Part shown: in pieces, positions 44,102 to 52,602 of the stretch
Layout: every line of letters starts with the position of its first letter
Numbering within the stretch: the first letter of the stretch is position 1
Source: an uncultured Eubacteriales bacterium
Lineage (GTDB): Bacteria > Bacillota > Clostridia > Christensenellales > UBA1242
NCBI GenBank assembly: GCA_949001935.1
Contig: CARJLX010000001.1
Coordinates: forward strand, 67,231-131,230
Reading direction: 5' to 3'
Length of the DNA stretch: 64,000 nt
Notes under the pieces: generated by a model
What the model saw: only the letters and a program-made list of their open reading frames with translations
The model's database searches: none
Told to the model about the DNA's origin: nothing
Position numbers and translations under genes: made by a program

Positions 44102-44179
44102 ACCTAATTTATTGACATTGTACCAAACAAGTGCTAAACTAAACTCAATTGCGACACTTCGCCACAAAAGGAGATTGAT

Positions 44180-44416
44180 TTGGAAATACTTAATTTAGGA
44201 AAAAATTTACGAAGAATTTTAAAGCAAAGAAAGTTGGTAGTTCGTGAATTTTCCGAATTGAGCGGTGTAAGTACTCAAACGATTGATAATATTTTAAATT
44301 ATCGTAGAAATGATTACAGGCTTAGTACAGTTATTTCAATTTCTAATGCGTTGGGTGTCGATATAGATGATTTATTGGAAAGAAAAAAAGAATTTATTCG
44401 TAAAAAATCTAATTGA
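44180..44416 (+). CDS. XRE-family HTH regulator (78 aa), divergent partner
   Basis: TTG start behind AAAGGAG. NLRRILKQRKLVVREFSELSGVSTQTIDNIL shows the HTH pattern. Confidence 0.7.
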   Translation: MEILNLGKNLRRILKQRKLVVREFSELSGVSTQTIDNILNYRRNDYRLSTVISISNALGVDIDDLLERKKEFIRKKSN

Positions 44417-44551
44417 CAAATTTTGCTAAAAAGACACGCAATTCGACAAAATTGACGAGTTTATTCTTTTGATATATTTTCTCTTTGGTGTATACTCGCT
44501 CTTGTCACTATTATTATGTGATTATTTTTATTAAAGGAGAAAAATTTTGTC

Positions 44552-44878
44552 ATGAAAAACGATATGCTAAAAACTCTTGCATTACGAGCTAAAAACAGAT
44601 TAATTTGCAAAAACAATTCAGGTAAGCCTATTCCTGAAAAGAACGATTTCCGCATTAAAATCATCAAGAGCGGTGATGAGGTTTTTTATGACAAGGTTAA
44701 AACTCTGCTTGAGCGTGAAGAAAGTGTTCTAAATCCTATCAAGGAACTTATGGACGAGCGTGCATATTCTAATATGTCAACTATGGAAAGAGAAAAATAT
44801 CTTCTCGAAACGGTTGATAAATTTACTAGGGTTAAAAGCAAGATTGAATATGAAAAAGAATTGAAGGTTGTTTATTAA
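44552..44878 (+). CDS. Hypothetical protein (108 aa)
   Basis: RBS AAAGGAGA. The protein is charged and helical, and I recognised no family. Confidence 0.5.
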   Translation: MKNDMLKTLALRAKNRLICKNNSGKPIPEKNDFRIKIIKSGDEVFYDKVKTLLEREESVLNPIKELMDERAYSNMSTMEREKYLLETVDKFTRVKSKIEYEKELKVVY

Positions 44879-44927
44879 ACCTTCAATTTTGTTTGGTTTT
44901 TATATTCTTTTTTGATACAATAGTTCC

Positions 44928-47180
44928 ATGGCAAATTACGATATAAATACTCTTAATGATGAACAACTTCTTCCTCTCAAACAGATTGAGGGGGCTATTT
45001 TAGTGACGGCTGGAGCAGGTTCTGGCAAAACTAGGCTGCTGACTCATCGTGTTGCATATTTGATAGACGAATTGGGTGTTAGTCCTTATAATATTTTGGC
45101 TATAACTTTTACAAACAAGGCAGCAGGCGAGATGAAAGAGCGAATTAGCAAAATGGTTGAGGGTGCTGATGGAGTTTGGATTTCTACCTTTCACTCAATG
45201 TGTGCTAGAATATTGAGACGCGATATCAGCGTTATGCATCCATATGACAAAAATTTTACAATTTATAGTGCTGATGACAGCGAAAAGGTTATCAAAGAAC
45301 TTTTGAGCGAGAGGAATATTGTTGACGATAAGTTTAAAAAGTCGGTTGAGTATCATCTTTCTAATTGGAAAAATTCAAGTCAGAGTTTTGAAGAATATTT
45401 TTCCACACATGAAGATGCAAATGATATTAAAAAGATTGCATTTATTATTAGTGAATATGAAAGCAGGCTAAAACGCAACAACGCCTTAGATTTTGATGAT
45501 TTACTTGGTAAAACTGTAGATCTTTTTAAAAGATATCCAGAAGTTTTGAAATATTATGCAAACAGGTTTAGATATATTTTAGTTGACGAATTTCAAGACA
45601 CCAACACTGTTCAATACAATTTAGTCAAAATGTTGGCAAGTGTTCATGGCAATGTTTTTGCGGTTGGGGATGAAGACCAATGTATATATTCTTGGCGTGG
45701 AGCAAATTTTCAAAACATATTCAATTTCAAAAAGGATTTTGAAGATTGCAAAGTTTTTAAACTTGAAAGAAATTATCGCTCTACATCTGGTATTTTAAAG
45801 ATAGCCAATAATGTTATTAAAAACAATTCTGCACGCTTAGACAAAAAGATGTGGACAGACAAAGATGAAGGTCAATTGCCAGAGTTATATAACGCATATG
45901 ATGAGCGTGATGAGGCTTTATTTGTTGCAAAAAACATCGAAAAACTTATAGTAAATGGTTATAAATATGATGAAATCGCAGTTTTGATGCGATTAAATGC
46001 GTTATCTCGTAGTTTTGAAGAGGCATTTTTATCTTATAATATTCCTCACAGAATTTATGGGGGTTTTAAGTTTTTTGAACGGCAAGAAATTAGATATATA
46101 ATTTCTTATTTAAGATTATTTATCAATCAAAAAGATGATGTTTCTTTATCTCGTGTTATAAATTTCCCTAAGCGTGGGATTGGTGATGGTGCGATTTCCA
46201 AAATAAAGTCTTTGGCAGGTGATAATAGTTTGTTACAAACAATTCTTTCGCCTATTATGACAGAAGAGATGGCAGTTCATAAGAAATTATTGGATTTTAT
46301 TGAAGTCTACAATAGGCTTAATCTTTTACCTAAAAACCCTATATCTAATTTTGTAGAAGAGGTTATTAAATCTTTTAAAATTCGTGAAGCGTATGGCAAC
46401 AAAACAGAAGAAGACACAAACAGGCTTCTCAACATAGAAAGTTTGGTGGCTTCTGTCAAGGAGTTTGAAAAGGCTAATCCAAATATGGATTTGGGTGATT
46501 ATCTTGAAACTATAACATTAATAAGCGACAGCGACGAGATTGGAGAAAATGGTGCAGTGACTATCGCAACAGTCCATGCTGTGAAAGGTTTGGAGTTTAA
46601 GGCTGTGTTTGTTATTGGTTTGGAAGAAGGAATTTTTCCTATTCAACGAGTTTCATCGCCTAGTGATTTAGAGGAAGAGCGAAGGCTTTTATATGTTGCA
46701 ATCACACGTGCTGAAGAAATATTATATATGTCACATTGTTCAAAAAGATATATGTATGGGCAAAGCCAATATCAAGCACCGAGCAGGTTTATAAGAGAAC
46801 TAGGCTTGCTTTCTTTAAGTATAAGTCAAACGCCTAAGAATGATTTTGCTTTTTCTGGCTATCATTCAGGTGGCGGAGATTATTCTTTTAAACCAAAGCA
46901 AAGAAGTTTAAGTGATGACGAAAGGGCAAATGCCTATTCTTCTAATTCAGGGATTGGGTTTAACAGAAAGGATTTTATGCAGAATATTAATACTCGTGTT
47001 GACGACAAGCCTAAAAAAGACATTTCTATTTATTGCATTGGGCAAAAAGTTGAGCATCCAAAATATGGTGAGGGGGTTATCAAAGATATTACGCCTGACG
47101 GTTTAGTGGCTGACATAGTGTTTGAGGATTTTGGCATGAAGAGTTTAATGCTTGAACTTGCCCCATTAACTATTCTTTAG
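44928..47180 (+). CDS. pcrA: ATP-dependent DNA helicase PcrA (UvrD family)
   Basis: 750 aa with Walker A GAGSGKT, DEFQDTN and VHAVKGLEF. It sits upstream of ligA in the usual synteny. Confidence 0.93.
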   Translation: MANYDINTLNDEQLLPLKQIEGAILVTAGAGSGKTRLLTHRVAYLIDELGVSPYNILAITFTNKAAGEMKERISKMVEGADGVWISTFHSMCARILRRDISVMHPYDKNFTIYSADDSEKVIKELLSERNIVDDKFKKSVEYHLSNWKNSSQSFEEYFSTHEDANDIKKIAFIISEYESRLKRNNALDFDDLLGKTVDLFKRYPEVLKYYANRFRYILVDEFQDTNTVQYNLVKMLASVHGNVFAVGDEDQCIYSWRGANFQNIFNFKKDFEDCKVFKLERNYRSTSGILKIANNVIKNNSARLDKKMWTDKDEGQLPELYNAYDERDEALFVAKNIEKLIVNGYKYDEIAVLMRLNALSRSFEEAFLSYNIPHRIYGGFKFFERQEIRYIISYLRLFINQKDDVSLSRVINFPKRGIGDGAISKIKSLAGDNSLLQTILSPIMTEEMAVHKKLLDFIEVYNRLNLLPKNPISNFVEEVIKSFKIREAYGNKTEEDTNRLLNIESLVASVKEFEKANPNMDLGDYLETITLISDSDEIGENGAVTIATVHAVKGLEFKAVFVIGLEEGIFPIQRVSSPSDLEEERRLLYVAITRAEEILYMSHCSKRYMYGQSQYQAPSRFIRELGLLSLSISQTPKNDFAFSGYHSGGGDYSFKPKQRSLSDDERANAYSSNSGIGFNRKDFMQNINTRVDDKPKKDISIYCIGQKVEHPKYGEGVIKDITPDGLVADIVFEDFGMKSLMLELAPLTIL

Positions 47181-47186
47181 ATTTAT

Positions 47187-47396
47187 CTTCTTTTCTTTAT
47201 AGAAAAGAAGCAAAAGAACATTATTTTACGATGCTCTATAAGTAAACTTATCTTCGCATCGTAAAAACATATCTTTTCTTATTTTATGAAATCTTAAAAT
47301 GAAAAATAGTAGTTTTAGCAACTGAAGGATGCGAATGCAGCCAAAGTTGCTAAAAAATAGTTTTCTTTTGTTGCTTTTCTTTCAAAGAAAAGCAAA
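47187..47396. repeat. MITE-like element: inverted copies R5 and R6 of the dispersed repeat flanking about 140 bp with internal hairpins
   Basis: The left end is CTTTTCTTTATAGAAAAGAAGCAAAAGAA (47190-47218). The right end (47361-47392) reads, as reverse complement, CTTTTCTTTGAAAGAAAAGCAACAAAAGAAAA. Internal stems are TACGATGC/GCATCGTA and TAGCAACT/AGTTGCTA. Confidence 0.55.
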
Positions 47397-47420
47397 TAAT
47401 AACAACAAAAAGGAGGCAAA

Positions 47421-49373
47421 ATGGACAAAATAGAAGAAATGAAGAAATTGATTGAGGAAATCAACAAACATAACTACAACTATTATGTGCTTGATAATCC
47501 AACAATTTCTGACATAGAGTATGATAAACTTTATTATACTCTTGTTGATCTTGAAAAAGAATTGAACATAATTTTGCCTTCGTCTCCAACTCAACGGGTG
47601 GGCGGAGACATTTTGGACGGCTTTCAAAAAAAGCAACACGAAGTTCAACTTTATAGTTTAAATAAGGTTAGAGATTTTGATGACCTTCGCTCTTGGGTGG
47701 ATGACATGAACAAACTTTCTAGAGGAACAGATTTTGCCTTGGAATATAAGTTTGACGGTCTTCAAATGGTGCTTGAGTATAATGATGGAAATCTACAATC
47801 TGCAACAACACGAGGCAATGGACTTGTGGGGGAAGATGTGACTGTACAAGTTAAAACAATTCAATCTGTGCCACTTGAAATACCTTATAAAAATAAAATA
47901 ATAGTTCAAGGTGAGGTTATGATGACAAATTCTAACTTTGAACAATATAATAAAACTGCACTTGAGAAACTTAAAAACCCAAGAAATGCAGCGGCAGGAG
48001 CTATTCGTAATTTAGATCCAAAAGAAACTGCTAAGCGTAAACTAGATTATTTTTGTTATTCAATTCTTTTATGTGAAGGAAGAGAATTTGAAACTCAAAC
48101 CGAAATGCATAAATTTTTAGAGGAAAATAGATTTCAAACAGGATTATATTTCTGTAATTTTAAAACCGCTGAAGAGGCTGTTGAAAAAATTAAGGAAGTT
48201 GACAAAATCAAATCTAGACTTGATGTTTTGATAGATGGAATGGTTTTAAAAGTTAACCGTGTGGATGTACGTAAAAAAATTGGTTATACATCCAAATTCC
48301 CTAAATGGGCAGTTGCTTTCAAATTTGAAGCTCAAGAACTTTCAACAATTTTGAAAAAGGTGTCTTGGCAGGTTGGGCGAAGTGGACGCGTCACGCCTAT
48401 TGCTGAACTTGAAGCTATTGAACTTGCAGGGGCAACTGTGCAAAGAGCTACATTAAATAATATTGAAGATATTCGTAAAAAAGGCGTAATGGAAAACAGC
48501 CGAGTTTTTGTAAGGCGTTCAAATGAGGTTATTCCTGAAGTTATGGGATTGGCAGAAAAATTGCCTAATTCAAAAATTATTGAAGAGCCAGAAAACTGTC
48601 CAAGTTGTGGACATAAACTTGTTAAAAAAGGACCATTACTTTACTGTATAAATCACGATAATTGCAAGGAACAAGTAGTTGATAGGCTTGCACATTTTGC
48701 TAGTAGAAATGCAATGAATATTGATGGCATTTCAGAGAAAACTGCAGGTACTTTTTACGATGAACTCGGTGTTAGAAAATTGTCTGATTTATATTCTTTA
48801 AAAGAAGAAAATTTGTTAAAATTAGACAAATTTAAGGATAAAAAAGCAAAAAACACAATAAATTCAATAAAAAACAGTAAAAATCCAGAATTATCTTCAT
48901 TTTTATTCGCTTTAGGGATTGCAGAAGTTGGCTTAAAAACTGCCAAAGATTTAGCAAGAACCTTTGGAAGCATAGATAATTTGAAAGTTGCAAGCAAAGA
49001 AGAAATATCTAGTGTTAGAGATGTTGGGGAAGTGATAGCTCAAAATATTTTTGATTTCTTTAAAGATACTGATAATTTACAAGAGATAGATAAACTTTTT
49101 AATGCTGGCATAACAATTAAAGAGCTAAGTACAATCACAAAGTCAACAGCCATTACTGGAAAGACTATAGTTTTGACAGGGACACTTCCAACGCTAACGC
49201 GTGATGAAGCAACACAACTTATAGAAGAGGCTGGAGGCAGAACATCCAGTTCTGTTTCTAAAAACACCGATTATGTTTTGGCTGGAGAAGAAGCTGGAAG
49301 CAAATTGATTAAAGCAAAAGATTTGGGAATCAAAATTATTAATGAAGATGAATTTAAAGAATTAATAAAATAA
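47421..49373 (+). CDS. ligA: NAD-dependent DNA ligase
   Basis: 650 aa with adenylation motif EYKFDG, zinc finger CPSCGHKLVKKGPLLYC, and C-terminal BRCT (GKTIVLTGTL...). Confidence 0.95.
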   Translation: MDKIEEMKKLIEEINKHNYNYYVLDNPTISDIEYDKLYYTLVDLEKELNIILPSSPTQRVGGDILDGFQKKQHEVQLYSLNKVRDFDDLRSWVDDMNKLSRGTDFALEYKFDGLQMVLEYNDGNLQSATTRGNGLVGEDVTVQVKTIQSVPLEIPYKNKIIVQGEVMMTNSNFEQYNKTALEKLKNPRNAAAGAIRNLDPKETAKRKLDYFCYSILLCEGREFETQTEMHKFLEENRFQTGLYFCNFKTAEEAVEKIKEVDKIKSRLDVLIDGMVLKVNRVDVRKKIGYTSKFPKWAVAFKFEAQELSTILKKVSWQVGRSGRVTPIAELEAIELAGATVQRATLNNIEDIRKKGVMENSRVFVRRSNEVIPEVMGLAEKLPNSKIIEEPENCPSCGHKLVKKGPLLYCINHDNCKEQVVDRLAHFASRNAMNIDGISEKTAGTFYDELGVRKLSDLYSLKEENLLKLDKFKDKKAKNTINSIKNSKNPELSSFLFALGIAEVGLKTAKDLARTFGSIDNLKVASKEEISSVRDVGEVIAQNIFDFFKDTDNLQEIDKLFNAGITIKELSTITKSTAITGKTIVLTGTLPTLTRDEATQLIEEAGGRTSSSVSKNTDYVLAGEEAGSKLIKAKDLGIKIINEDEFKELIK

Positions 49374-49426
49374 TATTTTAGGGCAATATGTTTTTGAATG
49401 GAGAAGCAAGAACTAAAAAATTAATA

Positions 49427-49455
49427 TTGACTCAATAAAAATTTTATGCTACAAT
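49427..49455 (+). promoter_or_regulatory. Promoter upstream of the decayed gene
   Basis: TTGACT, a 17-nt spacer, then TACAAT with an upstream TG. Confidence 0.5.
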
Positions 49456-49476
49456 TTCAATTGAAAAGAGATTAAT

Positions 49477-50037
49477 ATGCAAGAGTTAGAAAATTATGAT
49501 GAAGTTAAAGATTATATTGAAGAAAAAAAGTATATTTCAAACAGAAGTTTAAAGATTAAATCTGAATATATTGATAGGATGCTTAAAGCACGCGTTCAAT
49601 ATGAAATCCATAAGAAGAACGAAGGTTAGTTAAAGAACAATCTTAAAGCATTAAAATTAGCTAAGTTTGAGTCATTAAAATTAAGTATGTTATCTATTGC
49701 ATTTGGAGTTGTAGGTGGAGAACAACTTTTACAAAGCGGAATTCTTTTAGGGTAAGATTATAAAGGCTTGGCAATTTTTAGTTTAGTTGCTTCAGGAGTT
49801 GCAATTTTGACAAGTTTACTTGTTGCTATTATAGATGAAAAAATTAAGAAGAAGCGACCACCAGAAGTTATTGAAACTGAAAAAGAATACAAGGGAATAA
49901 AAAAGTTTTTAAAAACATCATTAAGATAAGAAAGATCTTTAAAGAAGACTGCAAAGAACGATTATTGTTTTATGAAAGTTCTTTGCAAAGAAAATGATGT
50001 TTTTATGGAAGAGATTGATGGCGCTGAATTAAAATAA
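49477..50037 (+). pseudogene. Decayed membrane-protein gene with three in-frame stop codons (possible paralog of 50199-50924)
   Basis: Hand translation in a single frame gives 187 codons, with stops at TAG 49627, TAA 49753 and TAA 49927. The text stays protein-like throughout, including a TM-like LAIFSLVASGVAILTSLLVAII segment. Confidence 0.6.
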
Positions 50038-50198
50038 TACTTTCAAAGGTTTAAGAGTCTTGTTTAGTCTAATATGAATTATGTAAAACGGCCACTTGCT
50101 GTTTTTTGTTATAGTAATTTAATTTCCCTCTTGACAAATCTCTATTTTATGATAAAATATAAACAAATAAGATATTTTTTCACAAAAGAGAGGAGAAA

Positions 50199-50924
50199 AT
50201 GGCTAAAAAAGATAAAAAAATAATTTCACATAAAAAATTGCTTATAAGAGATGGGGTTCTTTTAGGGGCTAATGTAGTAGGCGGAATAACAGGGTTATCT
50301 CTTGCTTCTAATGTTTTATTAACTGGTCTTGCAGGTGTTACATTGGCGCTTAGTGGCGTTTGGATTGCCTTGGGTATTAAGGCTATTAAAGATATCAAAA
50401 ATAAAAAGGCTAATCTTGAAATTGATAATGATAAATGGTTGACACATAATAAAAAATATAAATTAGCTAACGCAGAGAGGAAAAAAGAAATAAAGCAGGA
50501 AAAGAGCGATTTTAAAGTTGCCAAAAAAGAAATTTTGAATAAAAAAGACACTTCAAAAAAAGAAAAGACTGAGTTAATTAAAGAAAAAAAGATTGAAGAA
50601 AAAGCTCACTTAAAGCAAATACCTAAAAAGTCACGATATCGCCATGCGAAAAGATTGGCAATTTTAGCGGCAGGTCTTTCTGGGGTTTTAACCTTAGGAT
50701 GCGGAATTTTCTTTGCAAAAGAGTTTGAAACTGCCTCTGCTTATGCTAATGAAGCAAATCAAAAGCAAGAACAATATCTTAACACAGAAACAGTTAAAAA
50801 TCTTGGAGTTGGAGTTGCTCTTGCAAGTATTCAAGTTGCAAATACAGTGGTTGCTACTTTATCTGCTAGAAACATTGCAAGAAAGCGTGAAGATGAGATT
50901 ATTGAATACGAAGAAGTAGAATAA
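50199..50924 (+). CDS. Lys-rich membrane protein of unknown function (241 aa)
   Basis: Promoter TTGACA-16-TAAAAT and RBS AGAGGAGA. It has TM segments near both the N- and C-termini, with a charged KKE-rich centre. Confidence 0.6.
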   Translation: MAKKDKKIISHKKLLIRDGVLLGANVVGGITGLSLASNVLLTGLAGVTLALSGVWIALGIKAIKDIKNKKANLEIDNDKWLTHNKKYKLANAERKKEIKQEKSDFKVAKKEILNKKDTSKKEKTELIKEKKIEEKAHLKQIPKKSRYRHAKRLAILAAGLSGVLTLGCGIFFAKEFETASAYANEANQKQEQYLNTETVKNLGVGVALASIQVANTVVATLSARNIARKREDEIIEYEEVE

Positions 50925-50970
50925 GAGTCAAAAGTATATAAACCAAAATATGTAGCAAGCAAAATAAAAA

Positions 50971-51003
50971 ACCTTGTCAAAACCCTTGACAAGGAATTTT
51001 TTT
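50971..51003 (+). terminator. Intrinsic terminator overlapping the rpsL promoter -35
   Basis: Hairpin CCTTGTCAA-aaccc-TTGACAAGG followed by AATTTTTTTT. Confidence 0.7.
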
Positions 51004-51013
51004 TGTTCTATAA
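50985..51013 (+). promoter_or_regulatory. str operon promoter
   Basis: TTGACA, a 17-nt spacer, then TATAAT (both hexamers consensus). Confidence 0.7.
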
Positions 51014-51254
51014 TATGCGAGTATGCTTCGTTGTCGGAGGCAGTGCTGAAACTTCTCTTTAGTGAGAAAAGCATAAACAAACAACAAGTGAGATTTATCT
51101 TGCTGATTCGCTTTTAGAAAAGTGGAGTTGTTCGAGTGGTTGCGAACAATCGTGTTGTTCATGTTTTACACAAGTTTTTTGCATGTTTACGCGACGCATA
51201 CAAAGTTATGTAGTCGCGTTTTTTAACGACAAAATTTAAAAAGGAGGAAACAGG
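51014..51254 (+). promoter_or_regulatory. Long 5' leader of rpsL with terminator-like hairpin (candidate ribosomal-protein leader or attenuator)
   Basis: About 240 nt lie between the consensus promoter and the rpsL ATG. A hairpin CGCGACGCATA...TATGTAGTCGCG followed by T6 at 51190-51224 sits just upstream of the RBS. Confidence 0.35.
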
Positions 51255-51632
51255 ATGCCTACAATTAATCAATTGGTTCGCAATGGCAGAAAAACTTTTG
51301 ATAAAAAATCAAAAGCTCCACTTCTTGAAGAAAACCCTCAAAGAAGAGGTGTTTGTCTTTCAGTTAGAACTGCTACACCTAAAAAACCTAACTCAGCTCT
51401 TCGTAAGATTGCCAGAGTTAAATTAACAAATGGTTTTGAAGGTACTTGCTACATTCCTGGCGTAGGTCATAACTTGCAAGAACACAGTGTTGTTCTTATC
51501 CGTGGTGGAAGAGTTAAAGACTTGCCTGGTGTGCGTTATCATATTGTTCGTGGAACTCTTGATACAGCCGGTGTTGTAAACAGAAAGCAAAGCCGTTCTA
51601 AGTATGGTGCTAAACGACCAAAAAGCAAGTAG
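51255..51632 (+). CDS. rpsL: 30S ribosomal protein S12
   Basis: 125 aa beginning [13 protein letters not shown], with ...[10 protein letters not shown].... Confidence 0.97.
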   Translation: MPTINQLVRNGRKTFDKKSKAPLLEENPQRRGVCLSVRTATPKKPNSALRKIARVKLTNGFEGTCYIPGVGHNLQEHSVVLIRGGRVKDLPGVRYHIVRGTLDTAGVVNRKQSRSKYGAKRPKSK

Positions 51633-51652
51633 AAAATAATTTGAAATGTGGG

Positions 51653-51727
51653 CTTCTTATTAAATAAATTAATTTTCTCGCTGGTTGTTTCTCAAAGGCT
51701 TCAAAAATTAACTTATTTAATAAGAAG
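51653..51727. repeat. 24-bp inverted repeat (one mismatch) forming a long hairpin in the rpsL-rpsG spacer
   Basis: CTTCTTATTAAATAAATTAATTTT (51653-51676) pairs with AAAATTAACTTATTTAATAAGAAG (51704-51727), leaving a 27-nt loop. Confidence 0.7.
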
Positions 51728-51879
51728 AAAAGAAAATTCATTTTATTAAAATTTTTAGTGAAGTGAATATTTGAGGATATTGCAATTTCAAATTATTATA
51801 AAAAAGAAAAAAGAAAAAGTGGATGATCCACAAAAAAATGACTTATGTGTTAATTTAACACTGCAAAAGGAGGATAATT

Positions 51880-52353
51880 ATGCCAAGAAGAAATAGTGCG
51901 GTTAAAAAAGATGTTCTTGTAGATCCAATTTATAATAGCAAGGTTGTGACTAAACTTGTAAATCAAGTTATGCTTGATGGAAAGAAAGGTCTTGCTCAAA
52001 GAATCGTTTATGGAGCATTTGATATTATTAAAGAAAAGATGGGTGCTGACCCAATGGAAGTTTTTACAACTGCCCTTGAAAATGTTAAACCTGTTCTTGA
52101 AACAAAATCAAGAAGAGTAGGTGGTGCTACTTACCAAGTTCCTATGGAAATCAGACCTGAAAGACGCCAAACTCTTGCAATCCGTTGGATTGTAGATTTC
52201 TCTAGAAAGAGATCTGCTGAAAGAGGAATGGACGCTAAACTTGCAGGCGAAATTATGGACGCTTACAATTCTACTGGTTCATCTATCAAAAGAAGAGATG
52301 AAATGCACAGAATGGCTGAAGCTAACAAGGCGTTTGCTCATTACAAGTGGTAA
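51880..52353 (+). CDS. rpsG: 30S ribosomal protein S7
   Basis: 157 aa beginning [28 protein letters not shown].... Confidence 0.97.
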   Translation: MPRRNSAVKKDVLVDPIYNSKVVTKLVNQVMLDGKKGLAQRIVYGAFDIIKEKMGADPMEVFTTALENVKPVLETKSRRVGGATYQVPMEIRPERRQTLAIRWIVDFSRKRSAERGMDAKLAGEIMDAYNSTGSSIKRRDEMHRMAEANKAFAHYKW

Positions 52354-52541
52354 TTCGCGGGGACAACTAGAATTTCTTTACGCGGGCACGGCTGTCGCCT
52401 AACCACTAAAATTCGTTTTCCCACGCGTGCCTCTTTCCGCCTCTTGAAAAATTCCGCTGGACATTTTTCTGCGAGAGTAGTGGCAATCAAATTTTTAGGG
52501 TCGGGCAAAGCCCTTCTTCCCATAAAAATTTTATTGCGATT
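52354..52541 (+). repeat. Structured intergenic repeat, copy A (after rpsG)
   Basis: It shares long blocks with copy C: GGACAACTAGAATTT, CTAAAATTCGTTTTCCCA, CTTGAAAAATTCCGCTGGACATTTTTC and CAAATTTTTAGGGTCGGGCAAAGCCCTTCTTCCCATAAAAATTT. Confidence 0.8.
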
Positions 52542-52602
52542 AGAAAGAAAAGGGGATTTGCAAAATTCTAAGCCTTATATATAAGGTTGAAAGAGGGAAA
52601 TT

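Noticed and set aside
15621-47396. A CRISPR array formed by the 30-nt hairpin repeats.
   Set aside because: The copies are kilobases apart, lie in both orientations, are not separated by uniform spacers, and no cas genes are present.
49477-50037. Stop-codon reassignment or programmed readthrough as an explanation for the three in-frame stops.
   Set aside because: Both TAA and TAG are involved, and both act as genuine terminators of neighbouring well-conserved genes (for example hslV, trxA and rpsL). Simple nonsense decay is more parsimonious.
50078-50089. dif-like XerCD half-site ATTATGTAAAAC, resembling the right arm of the Bacillus dif site.
   Set aside because: Only one arm matches from memory. 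The left arm and central region do not, and there is no dyad symmetry. This is a likely chance match in AT-rich DNA.
52341-52523. 60-aa minus-strand ORF across repeat copy A, and the 69-aa ORF at 56461-56670 across copy C. I considered them as a possible repeat-encoded peptide.
   Set aside because: The two copies differ by indels that shift the frame, so the peptides are unrelated despite the nucleotide similarity. Neither has an RBS. Conservation is at the nucleotide or structure level.
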